The translations under genes and the position numbers were made by a program. A stretch of DNA of 60,449 nucleotides, the filler included, from Globobulimina sp. (lineage: Eukaryota): assembly GCA_003354225.1 (NCBI GenBank). It is 12 parts of 12 records of this genome, joined end to end, with 100 filler letters (N's around TTAATTAATTAA, not from the genome) between each part and the next. Parts side by side here need not be neighbours in the genome. Positions count along the whole stretch, not along the records: positions 30,292 to 35,236 come from PIVH01000825.1; positions 35,337 to 40,281 come from PIVH01000826.1; positions 40,382 to 45,325 come from PIVH01000827.1; positions 45,426 to 50,367 come from PIVH01000828.1; 8 more parts are not named here. The stretch is one strand, 5' to 3'. The notes under the pieces were generated by a model. That model saw nothing but the letters and a program-made list of their open reading frames with translations. It ran no database searches and was not told the DNA's origin. This document shows, piece by piece, positions 35,080-46,618 of this stretch. The number at the start of each line of letters is the position of its first letter. The first letter of the stretch is position 1.

Positions 35080-35236
35080 ACCCTCGATCGGCATCTGCGT
35101 CGCGGCGGCCTCGGCGTCGAGTTCGAAACCACGCTGGGCGACCGGAGCGGCAAGGGACTTGTGAAACTCTTCCTTCATCGCCGTCAGCGCGACCCGATCC
35201 TGCGGACGCTTCGGGCCGGAGAGCGAAGTCTCGACC
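35080..35236 (-). other. acnA: GC-rich internal fragment of a bacterial-type aconitate hydratase (AcnA) at the contig end; likely chimeric join
   Basis: The minus strand reads VETSLSGPKRPQDRVALTAMKEEFHKSLAAPVAQRGFEL, containing the AcnA/IRP signature SLxGPKRPQDRV. GC content jumps abruptly, and the expected downstream VIAAITSC motif is missing. Confidence 0.85.
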
Positions 35237-35336
35237 NNNNNNNNNNNNNNNNNNNNNNNNNNNNNNNNNNNNNNNNNNNNTTAATTAATTAANNNNNNNN
35301 NNNNNNNNNNNNNNNNNNNNNNNNNNNNNNNNNNNN

Positions 35337-37642
35337 GTCTGCAGTTCATGTTATTATACATTACCAAATATAAAGAAAGCACCACCAATCACAAAATCCG
35401 CAGATTATTCCTATAATTCAATATTAACAGATCCTACCAAACATAGTGTTTCTGTATGGCTTAAAACGTTCAATAAATGTTGGTTACGATCAAAATATGG
35501 TCATATCTATCAACAAAAACAAACGGCATTATTAGAAAAAGCCGAACCAAAAACGGAAAGACCAGTATTTGGGCGACGGAAGGCATTGCCTATAGAAACC
35601 GGGGTTGATTACCGCAAAAACGTCATTTCCAACGTTAACGCAGAGGATGATAATCCTGTTATTGTTATCGAAGCCGGTGAGTTGTGGCTAAATATTATGG
35701 ATGCTGTGGGTATTCCAGCTCGAGAGATTTCTGCGTTGGATAAACCAAGTTGTTATTGTAAGTTTTATGTGACAAATAATGACAAATACTTTGCTGATAA
35801 CAACAAATATCGCACCAAAACATGCAAAAACACATTGAATCCGACATGGAATGAAGATAAAACCATAAAGATAACCAACACGACGGCAACATTAGTCATT
35901 GAGCTGTGGGATAACGAGAAATATTTAGGTCGATTAGCGATTAAATTAAATAGTTTATTTTTGCATTATAATTATTTATCTCACTCGAAAGCGAAAGCAA
36001 ATGAGAACAGACTCATCGATGATTGGTTCGAAGTGAATATCAGAGATAAATGGAAAAGAGCCATAAAGAAACATCATATTAATAATTATAATGAATCGTC
36101 GATATCGGAATGCGATGTTCCAATCTATTCGAAACTGAAAAGTATTCCAAATATCAGAAGTGATGATGGCAAACAAGAGCATAAATGCTATATTCGTTTA
36201 CAAATAAAATTAGAGACAACTTGGTGGGCGCATTTTATATCGCATTTCGATCCGGTTTTGGATAAAAGACCACACAAAGTCAAATTTCATTTGCCGCTGA
36301 CAATTGGCGAAATAAATAAAGTTTTGATGGATTGGGGGACGGTGATTGGTGCTTGGAATGAGGAACAAAAACAAATATTAACATGGATTAAATATAAATG
36401 GTCAATAATATATTTAGTATTATTTACCTGTTTTGTTTACTATCCATGGTTTACTACGTTTTATATGGAGTTAAGGTATCGGTGTCACGCTATAAGTATA
36501 TATTGAAAACAATCTGTTTTGGAATTAAATTTTATAATTGTTACAGTTTTATATATAAATTCCAAAACATAGTCTTTCCAATATGTATACGTATATACTG
36601 TATTGAAAGATGTTTGATATATCTCTGCAATGTGTATGTCAATATTGAGGCATCAAAGAAAAAAGATATTAATTTACCATTCGTTTTGCATTGTTTATGT
36701 TTGTTTTTTGGTTATATTCAAGTATTAATTCAGAAAATAATGTTACAGCAAATTGAAATAAATAATAAATCGTTTGACGAGGCATCATTTATAATGTCAC
36801 CGAGACTGAGAGAAGAGTCAGAACTTGAATTTTACTTTGAAATGGAAGGAAATAAAGAGAGTGTAAATGGTAATGAGAAAAAAGAAAAAGAGGAAGAGGC
36901 CTCAGAACAAAGTGAAATATCAATGTCAGCGTTTGGTTCTTTTGCAGCAAATAAAGCGATCAAAATTTCAGGATTAAAGGCAAAGTTGTGGTGGTTTCAA
37001 GAATCTTTGGTATTTATGAATGATTCACTTGATCGGTTGCAAGGTATTATATGTTGGGATGTTGGCTATGCGCATATCACTAGTTTGCTGTGTGTGGTTT
37101 TATTCATATTATGCATCATTTCTATATTGTTGCGGGGAACAGATTCTGTTCGACATCAAATATATGTGATTGGAATAATTTCTTTATCGTATTATAGTAA
37201 ACCAATGCAGTTCATATTATGGATGCTATTTGGAAGTACATATTGGTATTTTAATTGTTATCGCAGATATCATCAATTTAGGAATAATGATCAATTATTT
37301 TCAACTCATGCAGTCATGGATGATATCGATAATAATGTGTTTGTGGAGAAGAAACAAAATGAATTCGAAGCGGAGGAAAAACGTTATTTTATGAAATTGT
37401 GGATAAAAATAAATGCATTTATTGTATGGATTGTAATGAAAGCATTTGAAAGAAAGAAAAGTGATACAAAGAAGGTGTCTGATAATTGGGAAAAAGTTGA
37501 GTTGAGGCAAGAAAAAAGTGGAAGGGATAAAAAAGGTGAAAGACGACGACATATAATATTGACACAATTTGACGGACCTGTTGATAAAAGATTTCAATTC
37601 TTGTTATCAAGATTGAAAAGTGCTAAAATCGTTACATTTTAA
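35337..37642 (+). CDS. C2-domain + transmembrane protein (MCTP-like), 5'-partial, at least one intron (about 36450-36730, boundaries unresolved)
   Basis: C2 motifs LWLNIMDAVGI, YCKF, YRTKTCKNTLNPTWNE, LVIELWD, YLGRLAI; downstream hydrophobic hairpins and a Q...L...I.W pattern as in MCTP C-termini. The frame is open to the contig edge, beginning VCSSCY. Confidence 0.7.
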
Positions 37643-37878
37643 AAGAGATGGAATTGTATGCTCAAATTAACTTTTTTGGCTTAGTTTCGTTTCATTTCAA
37701 CGCTTAGAAAAGTTTTTGGTTAGCTAGAGTGGTTTTGAACCTAGCATTCGAAGTTGACCTAGTTTTTGTTTTTTTTGCAAGGCGTCCATCTGAATTATTA
37801 AATATTTTTTTGCATTATATTAACATTTATTGAAATTCAACTTTCAATCACAAATTATATACAAACGATGCCAATGAT

Positions 37879-39813
37879 TTAATGTTTTTTACATTTTATT
37901 CTTCGAATATGTTCTCCATACAATTCATTCAGTATAAATATTTTTGATTTCTTTATTTCCGATGGATAGAATGCATATCCTCTTTCATTATACAACAATT
38001 CCAATAGTCTTTGTTCAGAATTGATGCCTTGACGGCACATAATATGCGCATCCTGCGGCTGAAATATATCTGTTTCAAATTTGTGATTTATGTTTCTTAA
38101 AAACTGATAAACCTCACAAAAGCCTTGATCTCTACGACTAATTTTATCTGTATTTTCTATTTTTTTTGCTTTTTGAACAATAATCTTTTTCTTTTTTTTA
38201 GCAATATATTCTCTATATTCCTTCTCAAAATTTCCCCCAATAATAATAACTGGCAAAGCAACAATGAGCAAACCTGAAAACATGCAAAATATAGCAACAA
38301 CCCGACCCAATACGGTCACTGGTAACATGTCTCCATAACCAACTGTTGTGATTGTGACAACTGTATAAAATGCACCCATTGGAATGGATGAAAATAGCTC
38401 ATTCTCTCCAGCTTCAATCACATAAAACAATGACCCAAACAAAATAACTTGCAGCAATATCAAAGTTGACAACAAACCAAACGACTCCGATGAACGCTTA
38501 ATAGTCGCGATGAATACATGCAGATATTCAGTAAAATGGTCGTTTTTCATCAGTCTTATAATTCTCGCCAATCTTATCACGCGTATCACGCGTAATATAT
38601 TCGTTGTGGTGGTGCCACTCATCAATTCAATCCAAAATGGGATAACTGATAAGAAATCGATCATATTCATGATATCCACAAAATATTTAAAGCGATGATT
38701 ACAAGCTATGATTCGAACTAAATATTCTATGCTGAACGAGATGGACACAATCCATTCAATATAATGTATTATGTCCATAACCACCTTCATACTCTGAATA
38801 ACCGGCAATGTCTCGATGATGTATGTTATGGTGGATAATATGATTAATATCATAATGTACGTTATGATGCAAAAGGATAAGTTATTATAGCTCTCGTCTT
38901 CAAAAGTGCTGTGTATGGCGAATAGTAATGAATGTTGTGTCTCATCTGGACAATATTTGCAATGTTGCTGTTTTTTGTTGAGCACAGGTTTGGGACTTTT
39001 GTCGTGGACTACATACTTTTCACTGTCTGCTATGGATAATATATCATATTCATCGTTGTCTGCATCATCTTCCTCGTCTGACAGACAATAATCGTTTTCA
39101 TCATCATTATCCATAGCAATTCCAACAGTTTTCCTGAATAAAATTGTATGCGGCAACAGTGTTTGATTTATGATGTTAATAATTTGTCGATAGCCAATAC
39201 CGTGACAGTTGATATCATTTATACTCACAATTTGTGAATATGGCAGTAACTTTATTAAGATATTATGGCGCTCATTCTCGACAATATCATGATCATTGAT
39301 TGTTTGCAATGGTTTGTTGTGGATAGATGTCATACGAATATATCCAATAAAACATTGTTTATTGCTTTTATCAGATAATAAAGGCAATGTTATGTTGATT
39401 TGTTGTAATTGCGTCAGTTTAATAGTATTAAATATGAATTTATAGGTTGGCTCTTCAATAAATAAATTATTAATGATACCGCTAGTAAACGCATGTCTGA
39501 ATTTCATAAATTGTTTATGAATTCGCATAGATTTCTGGATGAATTTTTTAAAGGAATGGAGAGTGAGAACATTATCTTTGGCGATGGAATCATAAATGTG
39601 TGACACCTCTTTTTCGGTGAGACATAAATTTAAAGCACGTGTAGCATCGTCAAATTCTTCTTTATCCAGAGTACCATTTTTATCTTTATCTATCTGATTG
39701 AATATATTGCTATAAACATCTCCCTTATCACATAATTTAGCAATGTTGCGTATGGAATCGTAATGCATTGATGGGTATTTTGATATTGATGTTGCTCCTG
39801 AAGCGAACTGCAT
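37879..39813 (-). CDS. Voltage-gated K+ channel (6TM, Kv-like) with N-terminal EF-hand pair and PDZ-like segment
   Basis: Filter TITTVGYGD, S4 LRVIRVIRLARIIR, S2 FSIEYLVR, S3 NMIDFLSVIPF, S6 ALPVIIIGGNF; EF loop DKDKNGTLDKEEF; single-exon ORF. Confidence 0.93.
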   Translation of the reverse strand: MQFASGATSISKYPSMHYDSIRNIAKLCDKGDVYSNIFNQIDKDKNGTLDKEEFDDATRALNLCLTEKEVSHIYDSIAKDNVLTLHSFKKFIQKSMRIHKQFMKFRHAFTSGIINNLFIEEPTYKFIFNTIKLTQLQQINITLPLLSDKSNKQCFIGYIRMTSIHNKPLQTINDHDIVENERHNILIKLLPYSQIVSINDINCHGIGYRQIINIINQTLLPHTILFRKTVGIAMDNDDENDYCLSDEEDDADNDEYDILSIADSEKYVVHDKSPKPVLNKKQQHCKYCPDETQHSLLFAIHSTFEDESYNNLSFCIITYIMILIILSTITYIIETLPVIQSMKVVMDIIHYIEWIVSISFSIEYLVRIIACNHRFKYFVDIMNMIDFLSVIPFWIELMSGTTTTNILRVIRVIRLARIIRLMKNDHFTEYLHVFIATIKRSSESFGLLSTLILLQVILFGSLFYVIEAGENELFSSIPMGAFYTVVTITTVGYGDMLPVTVLGRVVAIFCMFSGLLIVALPVIIIGGNFEKEYREYIAKKKKKIIVQKAKKIENTDKISRRDQGFCEVYQFLRNINHKFETDIFQPQDAHIMCRQGINSEQRLLELLYNERGYAFYPSEIKKSKIFILNELYGEHIRRIKCKKH

Positions 39814-40381
39814 TTTCAACCAATCTCGTTATGATGTCAACTAGCTGCAAAATTCAAAGTAAGTTTTAGACCTAAATATTTAGATATGACACTACCAATC
39901 CTGATTTTTTATTGTATACCCAACCCGGTTTTTGTATTCACTCAAACCCAATTGACTTTTTAGGTTCACACTTCTTTTGTGATTGACTAAACGATACAGA
40001 ACAAACCCAAGACAAACCGTTTCTGGATTTGCAAAGCGTTTCTCAGATAATATATACCAAACTAATCTCCGACGATGTGGTTTAAAATGTATATAAGTAC
40101 AAAAATGGAAAAGTAATAACAATCAAACACAGTCAAAAATTAATAAATCATTTCTATTACCATTAGAACCATTTGTTTGTTGTATTGATATTTTTATTTT
40201 TGGATATTTAATATTTAATGATGATGCGATTGATGAATATAAATAATATAACCAACTTCGTCTATCTCCACTCCCTTCTTCNNNNNNNNNNNNNNNNNNN
40301 NNNNNNNNNNNNNNNNNNNNNNNNNTTAATTAATTAANNNNNNNNNNNNNNNNNNNNNNNNNNNNNNNNNNNNNNNNNNNN

Positions 40382-40931
40382 TATAAATTTTTTAGAAAAT
40401 AAATTTAAAAACGAATTTGAAGTTAAATGGATGGAATGGGATACAAACGATATTATCATTTGGTTGACTTTTTTGAATAATTTTTTTAAGGAAAATCATG
40501 AATTTACATTTAAAAATGACGAAAATAAGAAATTATTAATGGATGGAGTGGTTGCATCGAATTTGAATGGTAAAGATTTACGAAATGTGACTGATTTAAT
40601 ATTGCGTTCCTTTGATATTCAAGAAAAAGAGGACAGAGAGATGATATTAAAATGTTTAAAAACATTAATGTCTGAAATGGATAACGAAGATAATGGGAAT
40701 ATTCCAAGTAATGTTAATATGAATGATAATGATAATAAAATCGAAGATGAAGTAGAACAGGATCGACAATGTGTGGTTTGCATGGATAATGTCGCAAATA
40801 TGATGTTTATGCCTTGTAATCATATCGCTATTTGTCAGGATTGTTATAAGTGTAATACATTTAACAATAAATGTGCATTTTGTGGTAATAAAACTAATAA
40901 AGTGATAAAGTGTTATCATGTCGGATTTTAA
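40382..40931 (+). CDS. SAM-domain + C-terminal RING (IAP/C3HC4_3-like) E3 ligase, probably 5'-partial
   Basis: WDTNDIIIWL...LNGKDL...L..FDI...DREMIL is SAM-like; CVVC...PCNHIAICQDC...CAFC is a RING. The frame is open to the contig edge. Confidence 0.85.
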
Positions 40932-41076
40932 TGTATTTTTTGTATTATAAATGTGTTGTTTTAATGATGACTCAGTGAAACCTCAATATCAGAGTTTCTC
41001 ACTTATCACCTCATAAACTGCGAAACGCTCTTTTTTTTGTGGACAAATATTAGAGTTTTCACTGAGATTTCATGTC

Positions 41077-41604
41077 ATGGCTCAGTTGGAGAAAAAAGCG
41101 CCACCACAAGAATACAAAGAACCAGAGTCGTTGAGACCAAGTTATAGTCATATTCCAGAATTATCACATATAGATTTCAATGCCAAGGGGCACTTTTTGG
41201 ACGTATTGAAAACCATAGAAACAGCAGCAAAAATAATAAGAAATTCAAAAGAGCCATTTTGGGGGAAACTAATTCGTAAATTATATCTGGATGGATATAC
41301 TATCGAGCAAATTGAAGGAGCCTTCAAATACGCAAATCAATCATTTAAATGGAAAGGACAAATTTGTATTTGGTATCAAGACAGCGGGCCGTCATGTACC
41401 GACCAACTGCAATTTGTAAATGGTGATGGCAAACCAGAATATGTTAAAAAAGTCATAAAACAATTAATTGAGGATAATTGTAAGGAAGAGGAACCTGAGG
41501 AGCACAATGAACCCAATATTGACGCAAATATAGATGAAAAGGTTGATAATGAGGTCGAAAATGCAGTGGAACAAAAAATGGAACAAAAAATAGAACAAAA
41601 ATAA
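41077..41604 (+). CDS. Hypothetical protein with acidic tail (175 aa)
   Basis: ATG-initiated ORF with protein-like composition; no motif recognised. Confidence 0.6.
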   Translation: MAQLEKKAPPQEYKEPESLRPSYSHIPELSHIDFNAKGHFLDVLKTIETAAKIIRNSKEPFWGKLIRKLYLDGYTIEQIEGAFKYANQSFKWKGQICIWYQDSGPSCTDQLQFVNGDGKPEYVKKVIKQLIEDNCKEEEPEEHNEPNIDANIDEKVDNEVENAVEQKMEQKIEQK

Positions 41605-41704
41605 GTAAGATTATGACTGTAAGTCGCTTTTATGTGTTTCTGTTTGCGTTTAATATCCTCGCACTTTGAAATTGCATATATGATACAAGTTTATACGTTC
41701 CGTA

Positions 41705-42250
41705 TTATAACTTTGACGGTGTATTTTTTTTGATTTCTAAATCCAATTTATTCAATATTTCACAAGTTTCAATTGAAGTTGGATTGATTTTAGTGGTTAA
41801 TATAACATTTGAACCAAATATAGATCCTGATAATGATTTAAATACAGTATACGGATTCATCTCCGTCCATGTCTTATCTCTTTTATTTGAAAACAAACCA
41901 TCATACAAATTCAAACAAGTGTATGGTTTTTGGTCGCCAACAGCACAACAAATCTTTGCCCCCGCTCCAATGCCTAAATAATTGCCGTCATACAAATTCA
42001 AATATTTGCTTAATTTCATGATTCCCATTCCTTGGAGCTTCAAGTGATACTCATCCATATTACCATCACATATTATTAATAATGTAACAAACTTCATTTG
42101 TGCTTCATGCCATTCAATTATATCTTTCGCTTTTATTAATTCTATTTTATATTTATCCGATAGGCAATTTTCCATCATCAATTTTACATTTTTAATGGAT
42201 TGTAGGTCAGTTCCATCATCACAATATAACCACACTTTCTCCTGTGACAT
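41705..42250 (-). CDS. Stand-alone biotin-protein-ligase N-terminal (BPL_N, class I GATase-like) domain protein
   Basis: VWLYCDDGT..S, Y.IELIKA.DI, LLIICDG..D.Y..KLQG.G, DGNYLGIGAGA parallel the BPL_N pattern (VxVYxGxG...LLVxPGGxDxxYxxxLxGxG...GGxYLGxCAG). Confidence 0.65.
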   Translation of the reverse strand: MSQEKVWLYCDDGTDLQSIKNVKLMMENCLSDKYKIELIKAKDIIEWHEAQMKFVTLLIICDGNMDEYHLKLQGMGIMKLSKYLNLYDGNYLGIGAGAKICCAVGDQKPYTCLNLYDGLFSNKRDKTWTEMNPYTVFKSLSGSIFGSNVILTTKINPTSIETCEILNKLDLEIKKNTPSKL

Positions 42251-42730
42251 TTTTTCTTTTATTTGAAAGTAATGTGTCCAAAAGGGATCCATCTAACAAA
42301 CTATCTAAATATGGTTTTTGAAGCAGGTTTTTTCAAAACTGCTTTGCCCGCTTTGGCGGTCAAGTGCCTGCAATAAAACGAATTGATTTGACTTTTGAAC
42401 TCAATTTACAAACAAAAATATTAACCTAGTGTGTATATTCATATATTCAGTGGTTATTATCTCTACGTTGAGTAAGTTGAAGATTTGTTCCAGTTTCAAC
42501 AATTTGTGTTGGACTCAATGATTTTTTATCAGCATAGACATGCCATGTTGGCGACTTTGGAGTTATTTTTGGTGGATTGATGATCTCTGAGTGTAATGTT
42601 CCATCATTATTACTATGCACATTATCTTCTATATTTGCAACTATATCTGTGATAGATTTAGATTTAATACATAAGTCTGGTTTAGTTTCAGTGGAATGAA
42701 CAGAAAAAATGGAATTTAAATCTATGCGCT

Positions 42731-43743
42731 TTAAATATCATTCTCATCAATACTAGTCACCGTGAATGCGCTGCCAGTTTTTGAAGCAGTCTTTGAAGCA
42801 ATTATACTGATATGAACTTCATGTGGTTCTCCATCATGACACCAATAACAGTTAAATATATTTAGAAAACATAGTTTCTTATAATATTTATCATTGACAT
42901 GTAACGATAATGTCATGCATAACGTATCTAAAAATACATCAAATACAAGTATTAATGCAATAACCTCAGATACATAATATGTCCATATATCCAGTACTGC
43001 GATGGTTATCATTATAAATGCATAAATTGTCGAAAACATGACTGATATCATACTGATTATAAATATATATTAACATCAATTTTATGTCGTACATACTACA
43101 TAGAAACAGAAACAGCAACAAACCTTAAAATAGCATATTTTCGCACAGTTTGGAACAATTTATGGTCTGATTTGCGATCCAATTCCGTCGTCTTGCGTAA
43201 TTTTTGCAGTTTGCAAATAAATGTAAAAACTAGAAAGTGTGCTGTAATTAAAGTGATAATGAGAGATATACCAATGATAAATAAGACAGCTGAATGCATA
43301 CTTAATGCAATTAGAACATTTACTAAAACAGCATTACTAAGAAGAGCAATTAAAAGAAACCATATGCAATAAATTGTAATTCTGTTCAATTTATACTGTG
43401 TTTCATCAAATACTAACCTTAATCGTGAATATAATATCAATAATAAAGCAAACCAATGGAGACAATATGTTGCTGCAAGAAATATCCAGGATGCCCCCAG
43501 ATAAGTCATTAAAAAACAGAAAAATATTGTTGTAGATACTCGTAATATACCAAATAATAAAGCTGATAAATAAAATATCCATTGAGATGCTAACAAAAGT
43601 GTCGGGAAATGTCTTTGTTTATGCATTTGCATCATTTGGTAGAGTGATATAGCCGACATAATGATCTGTATAGACTCTATGATAGTATATAATGCCAAGC
43701 AAACCATTTGTGACTCAAAATTTGCCTTGCAACTATTGCTCAT
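42731..43743 (-). CDS. Orphan 7TM (GPCR-like) protein, two exons (43743-43124; 43052-42731)
   Basis: Five hydrophobic helices in exon 1 and two in exon 2; phase-2 GT-AG intron at 43123-43053 (71 nt); Cys- and Ser/Thr-rich tail. Confidence 0.75.
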
Positions 43744-43787
43744 GATTCTGTTTAGATAAAAACTTTCGAACAGTACGAACTTTGCTG

Positions 43788-44561
43788 ATGTCTTACGAAC
43801 TGTGGCAATGTGCTTCATGTGATTTGTTAAATTACCACACCAATTCAAGTCGCTGTCAATCATGTTTTAAAACTAAACGTGTTGATATTAAAATGAGCAA
43901 AGGATTACAATTATGTTATAAATTATTAGATCAAACTATATTAATAATAACACATTATTTATGTGATGAAAACGATATAATTCCAACTGTTCATATGATG
44001 ATTGCATTTCCTTTTTATCAACGTCGAATTTATTCAAAATTTATGAAAAACGTTATTCAGAATTTAACGTTACAAAATTTACCAGATTACAGAATAGATT
44101 TTAATTATGCAACATATGGATATAAAAGATTTGATTATGATACATGTGACATAATAACAATTAAACAGTGTTTATTAAATATAAATCAATGGAAACCGAA
44201 TGATGAAATTGTAAATAAGTTAGACAAGGATATAAATCAAAATATAGGGCATGAAACGGAAGAAGAATATGAAAAAATTAATTTCTTTGACACAAATGGA
44301 TTGAATGTATCATCTGTTTTTGATAAAATGGTAGATATCGATGGTTTAGAATCATTAAACAGATTGTTTCTCGTTGCTTTATTTAAAGATGATAAGCAAC
44401 CAATAAATAAGTTTGCTTGTTATGGTATAAATGCAACTACCAAACAAAAACATGATACATTGGTAGTCAAATCATCATCAATTATGCTCATCAAAAACAA
44501 AAATATGTCAAACGTGTTTGTGTATAGAGCTGTCATGCACGAATACAGAAAACTACTATAA
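43788..44561 (+). CDS. Hypothetical protein with N-terminal RanBP2-type zinc finger
   Basis: WQCASCDLLNYHTNSSRCQSC; the remainder is unrecognised. Confidence 0.7.
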   Translation: MSYELWQCASCDLLNYHTNSSRCQSCFKTKRVDIKMSKGLQLCYKLLDQTILIITHYLCDENDIIPTVHMMIAFPFYQRRIYSKFMKNVIQNLTLQNLPDYRIDFNYATYGYKRFDYDTCDIITIKQCLLNINQWKPNDEIVNKLDKDINQNIGHETEEEYEKINFFDTNGLNVSSVFDKMVDIDGLESLNRLFLVALFKDDKQPINKFACYGINATTKQKHDTLVVKSSSIMLIKNKNMSNVFVYRAVMHEYRKLL

Positions 44562-44663
44562 ATAAATGGTGACAGAAAATAAATGTGGTGTTCTAAATTA
44601 AACATTGAGTGGAAGCGCACACAATAATTAATCAGTTACAATTTACGACTTATTGTTGTGCAT

Positions 44664-45325
44664 TCATTTTATTTTCAAATCAGCAAACAAATCTGCAGCA
44701 TCTGACACTGTATTAAAACCTTTCGGTGCACGTTGTATCTCCGTCGATTTTGTATTATAATTTGTACCTCCTCCTCCAAGCATATTTAAACCATTATTAT
44801 TCCCCACGCCATGACCACCACTATAAAAACCTCCACGTGCACCCATACCATTCATGCCCATATTATTATTATTATATCCGACATTTCCATGCCCAAAACT
44901 ATTGCCCATATTCGCATTCATGCCCATATTATATACACCAGCTCCCATACTCATACTATTCATGCCCATCCCCATCATATTCACACCACCACCACCGCCA
45001 TAACCACCCATTTGCATCTGTGCCGGCCGCTGCCTTTGCCTTTGCATATCCACTGCATTCATTCCGTTCATACTCGAAAAAAACTGTTGACTCTGTTGCA
45101 TATTAGACTCCTTCGCATGATATTTACCTAAAATATCATTCTTGGACTCTTTCAATTTCGCTCCAGTATCCACAAAGTTTGTAGCTTCGTTATCTCCAAA
45201 TCCCACCCAACCATTATTAATACTAATATTACTCTCAACTTTTTCATCAAAATCCTGCGCTTTCTGCTGCTGTACAGGCACTGCCACCGATACCGACACA
45301 GGAACTGACACAGGAACTGGCAGTG
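44664..45325 (-). CDS. C-terminal Met/Gly/Asn-rich low-complexity region of a membrane-trafficking adaptor (SMAP-type ArfGAP or epsin-like), 5'-partial
   Basis: WVGF and DLFADL adaptor-binding-like motifs; SKNDILGKY resembles the SMAP 'KDSILSLY' motif; M/G-rich tail. Confidence 0.5.
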
Positions 45326-45632
45326 NNNNNNNNNNNNNNNNNNNNNNNNNNNNNNNNNNNNNNNNNNNNTTAATTAATTAANNNNNNNNNNNNNNNNNNN
45401 NNNNNNNNNNNNNNNNNNNNNNNNNTTAAAACAAATCCGAAAGTAGTATTTCACAATCATATCCATAATAAATTTATTTTGCAAACCATTTCAGGAAAAT
45501 ATTCTTGTAAAATCTGCAGTAAGTTTCAAGTAAAAAAAATCTTTAAATTTTCCAGTTTCAAGTTAATGTCAACGTGCAAAGGTTTCAAGAATATATCCAA
45601 CCTGAAATTGACGCTAAACTACCCACACAATC

Positions 45633-46431
45633 ATGAACAGTATAAGCAGCATACTTGCATTTGGATTGCCTGTATTTCAAAGTCAAAACCAACACGTTCA
45701 GGCTATAGACCAAACCAATGGTATATATTATTTATATAAAGTCATCATTTAATATTAAAAACATTAATTATTATTATTACAACAATATAAATAAAGTGCA
45801 TCATCTGGACTCAATGGAACAGTCAGAAAAACATCATTTCATTCAAATGGAACACGACCGAGAAATATCGAGACGTGAGGAGATGAGAGATATTCTGACC
45901 CACAAAGCGAATAAGTCGCAAACATTGATGATAAATACAACGTTAATGTTTGGCGGTGGTTTTGCAATTCTCATAGAAGGGACACCGCCAAATGGCTCAT
46001 CCACATCATTATTAATATACTTTTCCATATTTTTAGGATTATCATTTTTCTTTCTATTTTTATCGTTATGGTTTTCAATGACATTGCAATCGCTAATGGT
46101 CAAGTACAACATTCATAATACAAAGCAATTCTACAAATGCAGGCAAGGCATACAGAACCACGCCACATTCAGCGATTATTACGAATGTCATTGTGTGAGG
46201 CTGTCTCAATTGGCAGTTCGCTTCTTTTATTGCGGAACTTCTTGCTTAATGATAACGGCGGCATTATTATTTTACACACGTTTTCATATCTTACTCGAAA
46301 CTCCGGTTGCTTCGCATATATTTTCTATTATTGTTGGGATTACACTATTTTCAATAATCTTGCTCAAGTCATGCGTCTCAACCAACATAAGAGTATCTTT
46401 GCAAGAACGGAATATGTTTTTGAATGGATGA
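45633..46431 (+). CDS. Orai-like 4-TM channel protein, two exons (45633-45720; 45797-46431)
   Basis: A 76-nt phase-1 GT-AG intron gives MNSISS...TNVHHLDSM. Four TM helices; TM1 TTLMFGGGFAILIEG ends in a Glu positioned like the Orai selectivity Glu. Confidence 0.55.
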
Positions 46432-46618
46432 ATTATAACATATCTTCATGGGATTTTTAAATATACAAAAGATCAAACAATATTGACATATCCTTCACGT
46501 GACATCCTTGCACAGCAAACAATGGCAATTTTAGTCTACAAAAAGGATCATAGACATGTACAAATAATATTATACTGTTGAAGCAAAGAGTTTTTTGGTG
46601 ATTCTCGCTTGGGTCAAA

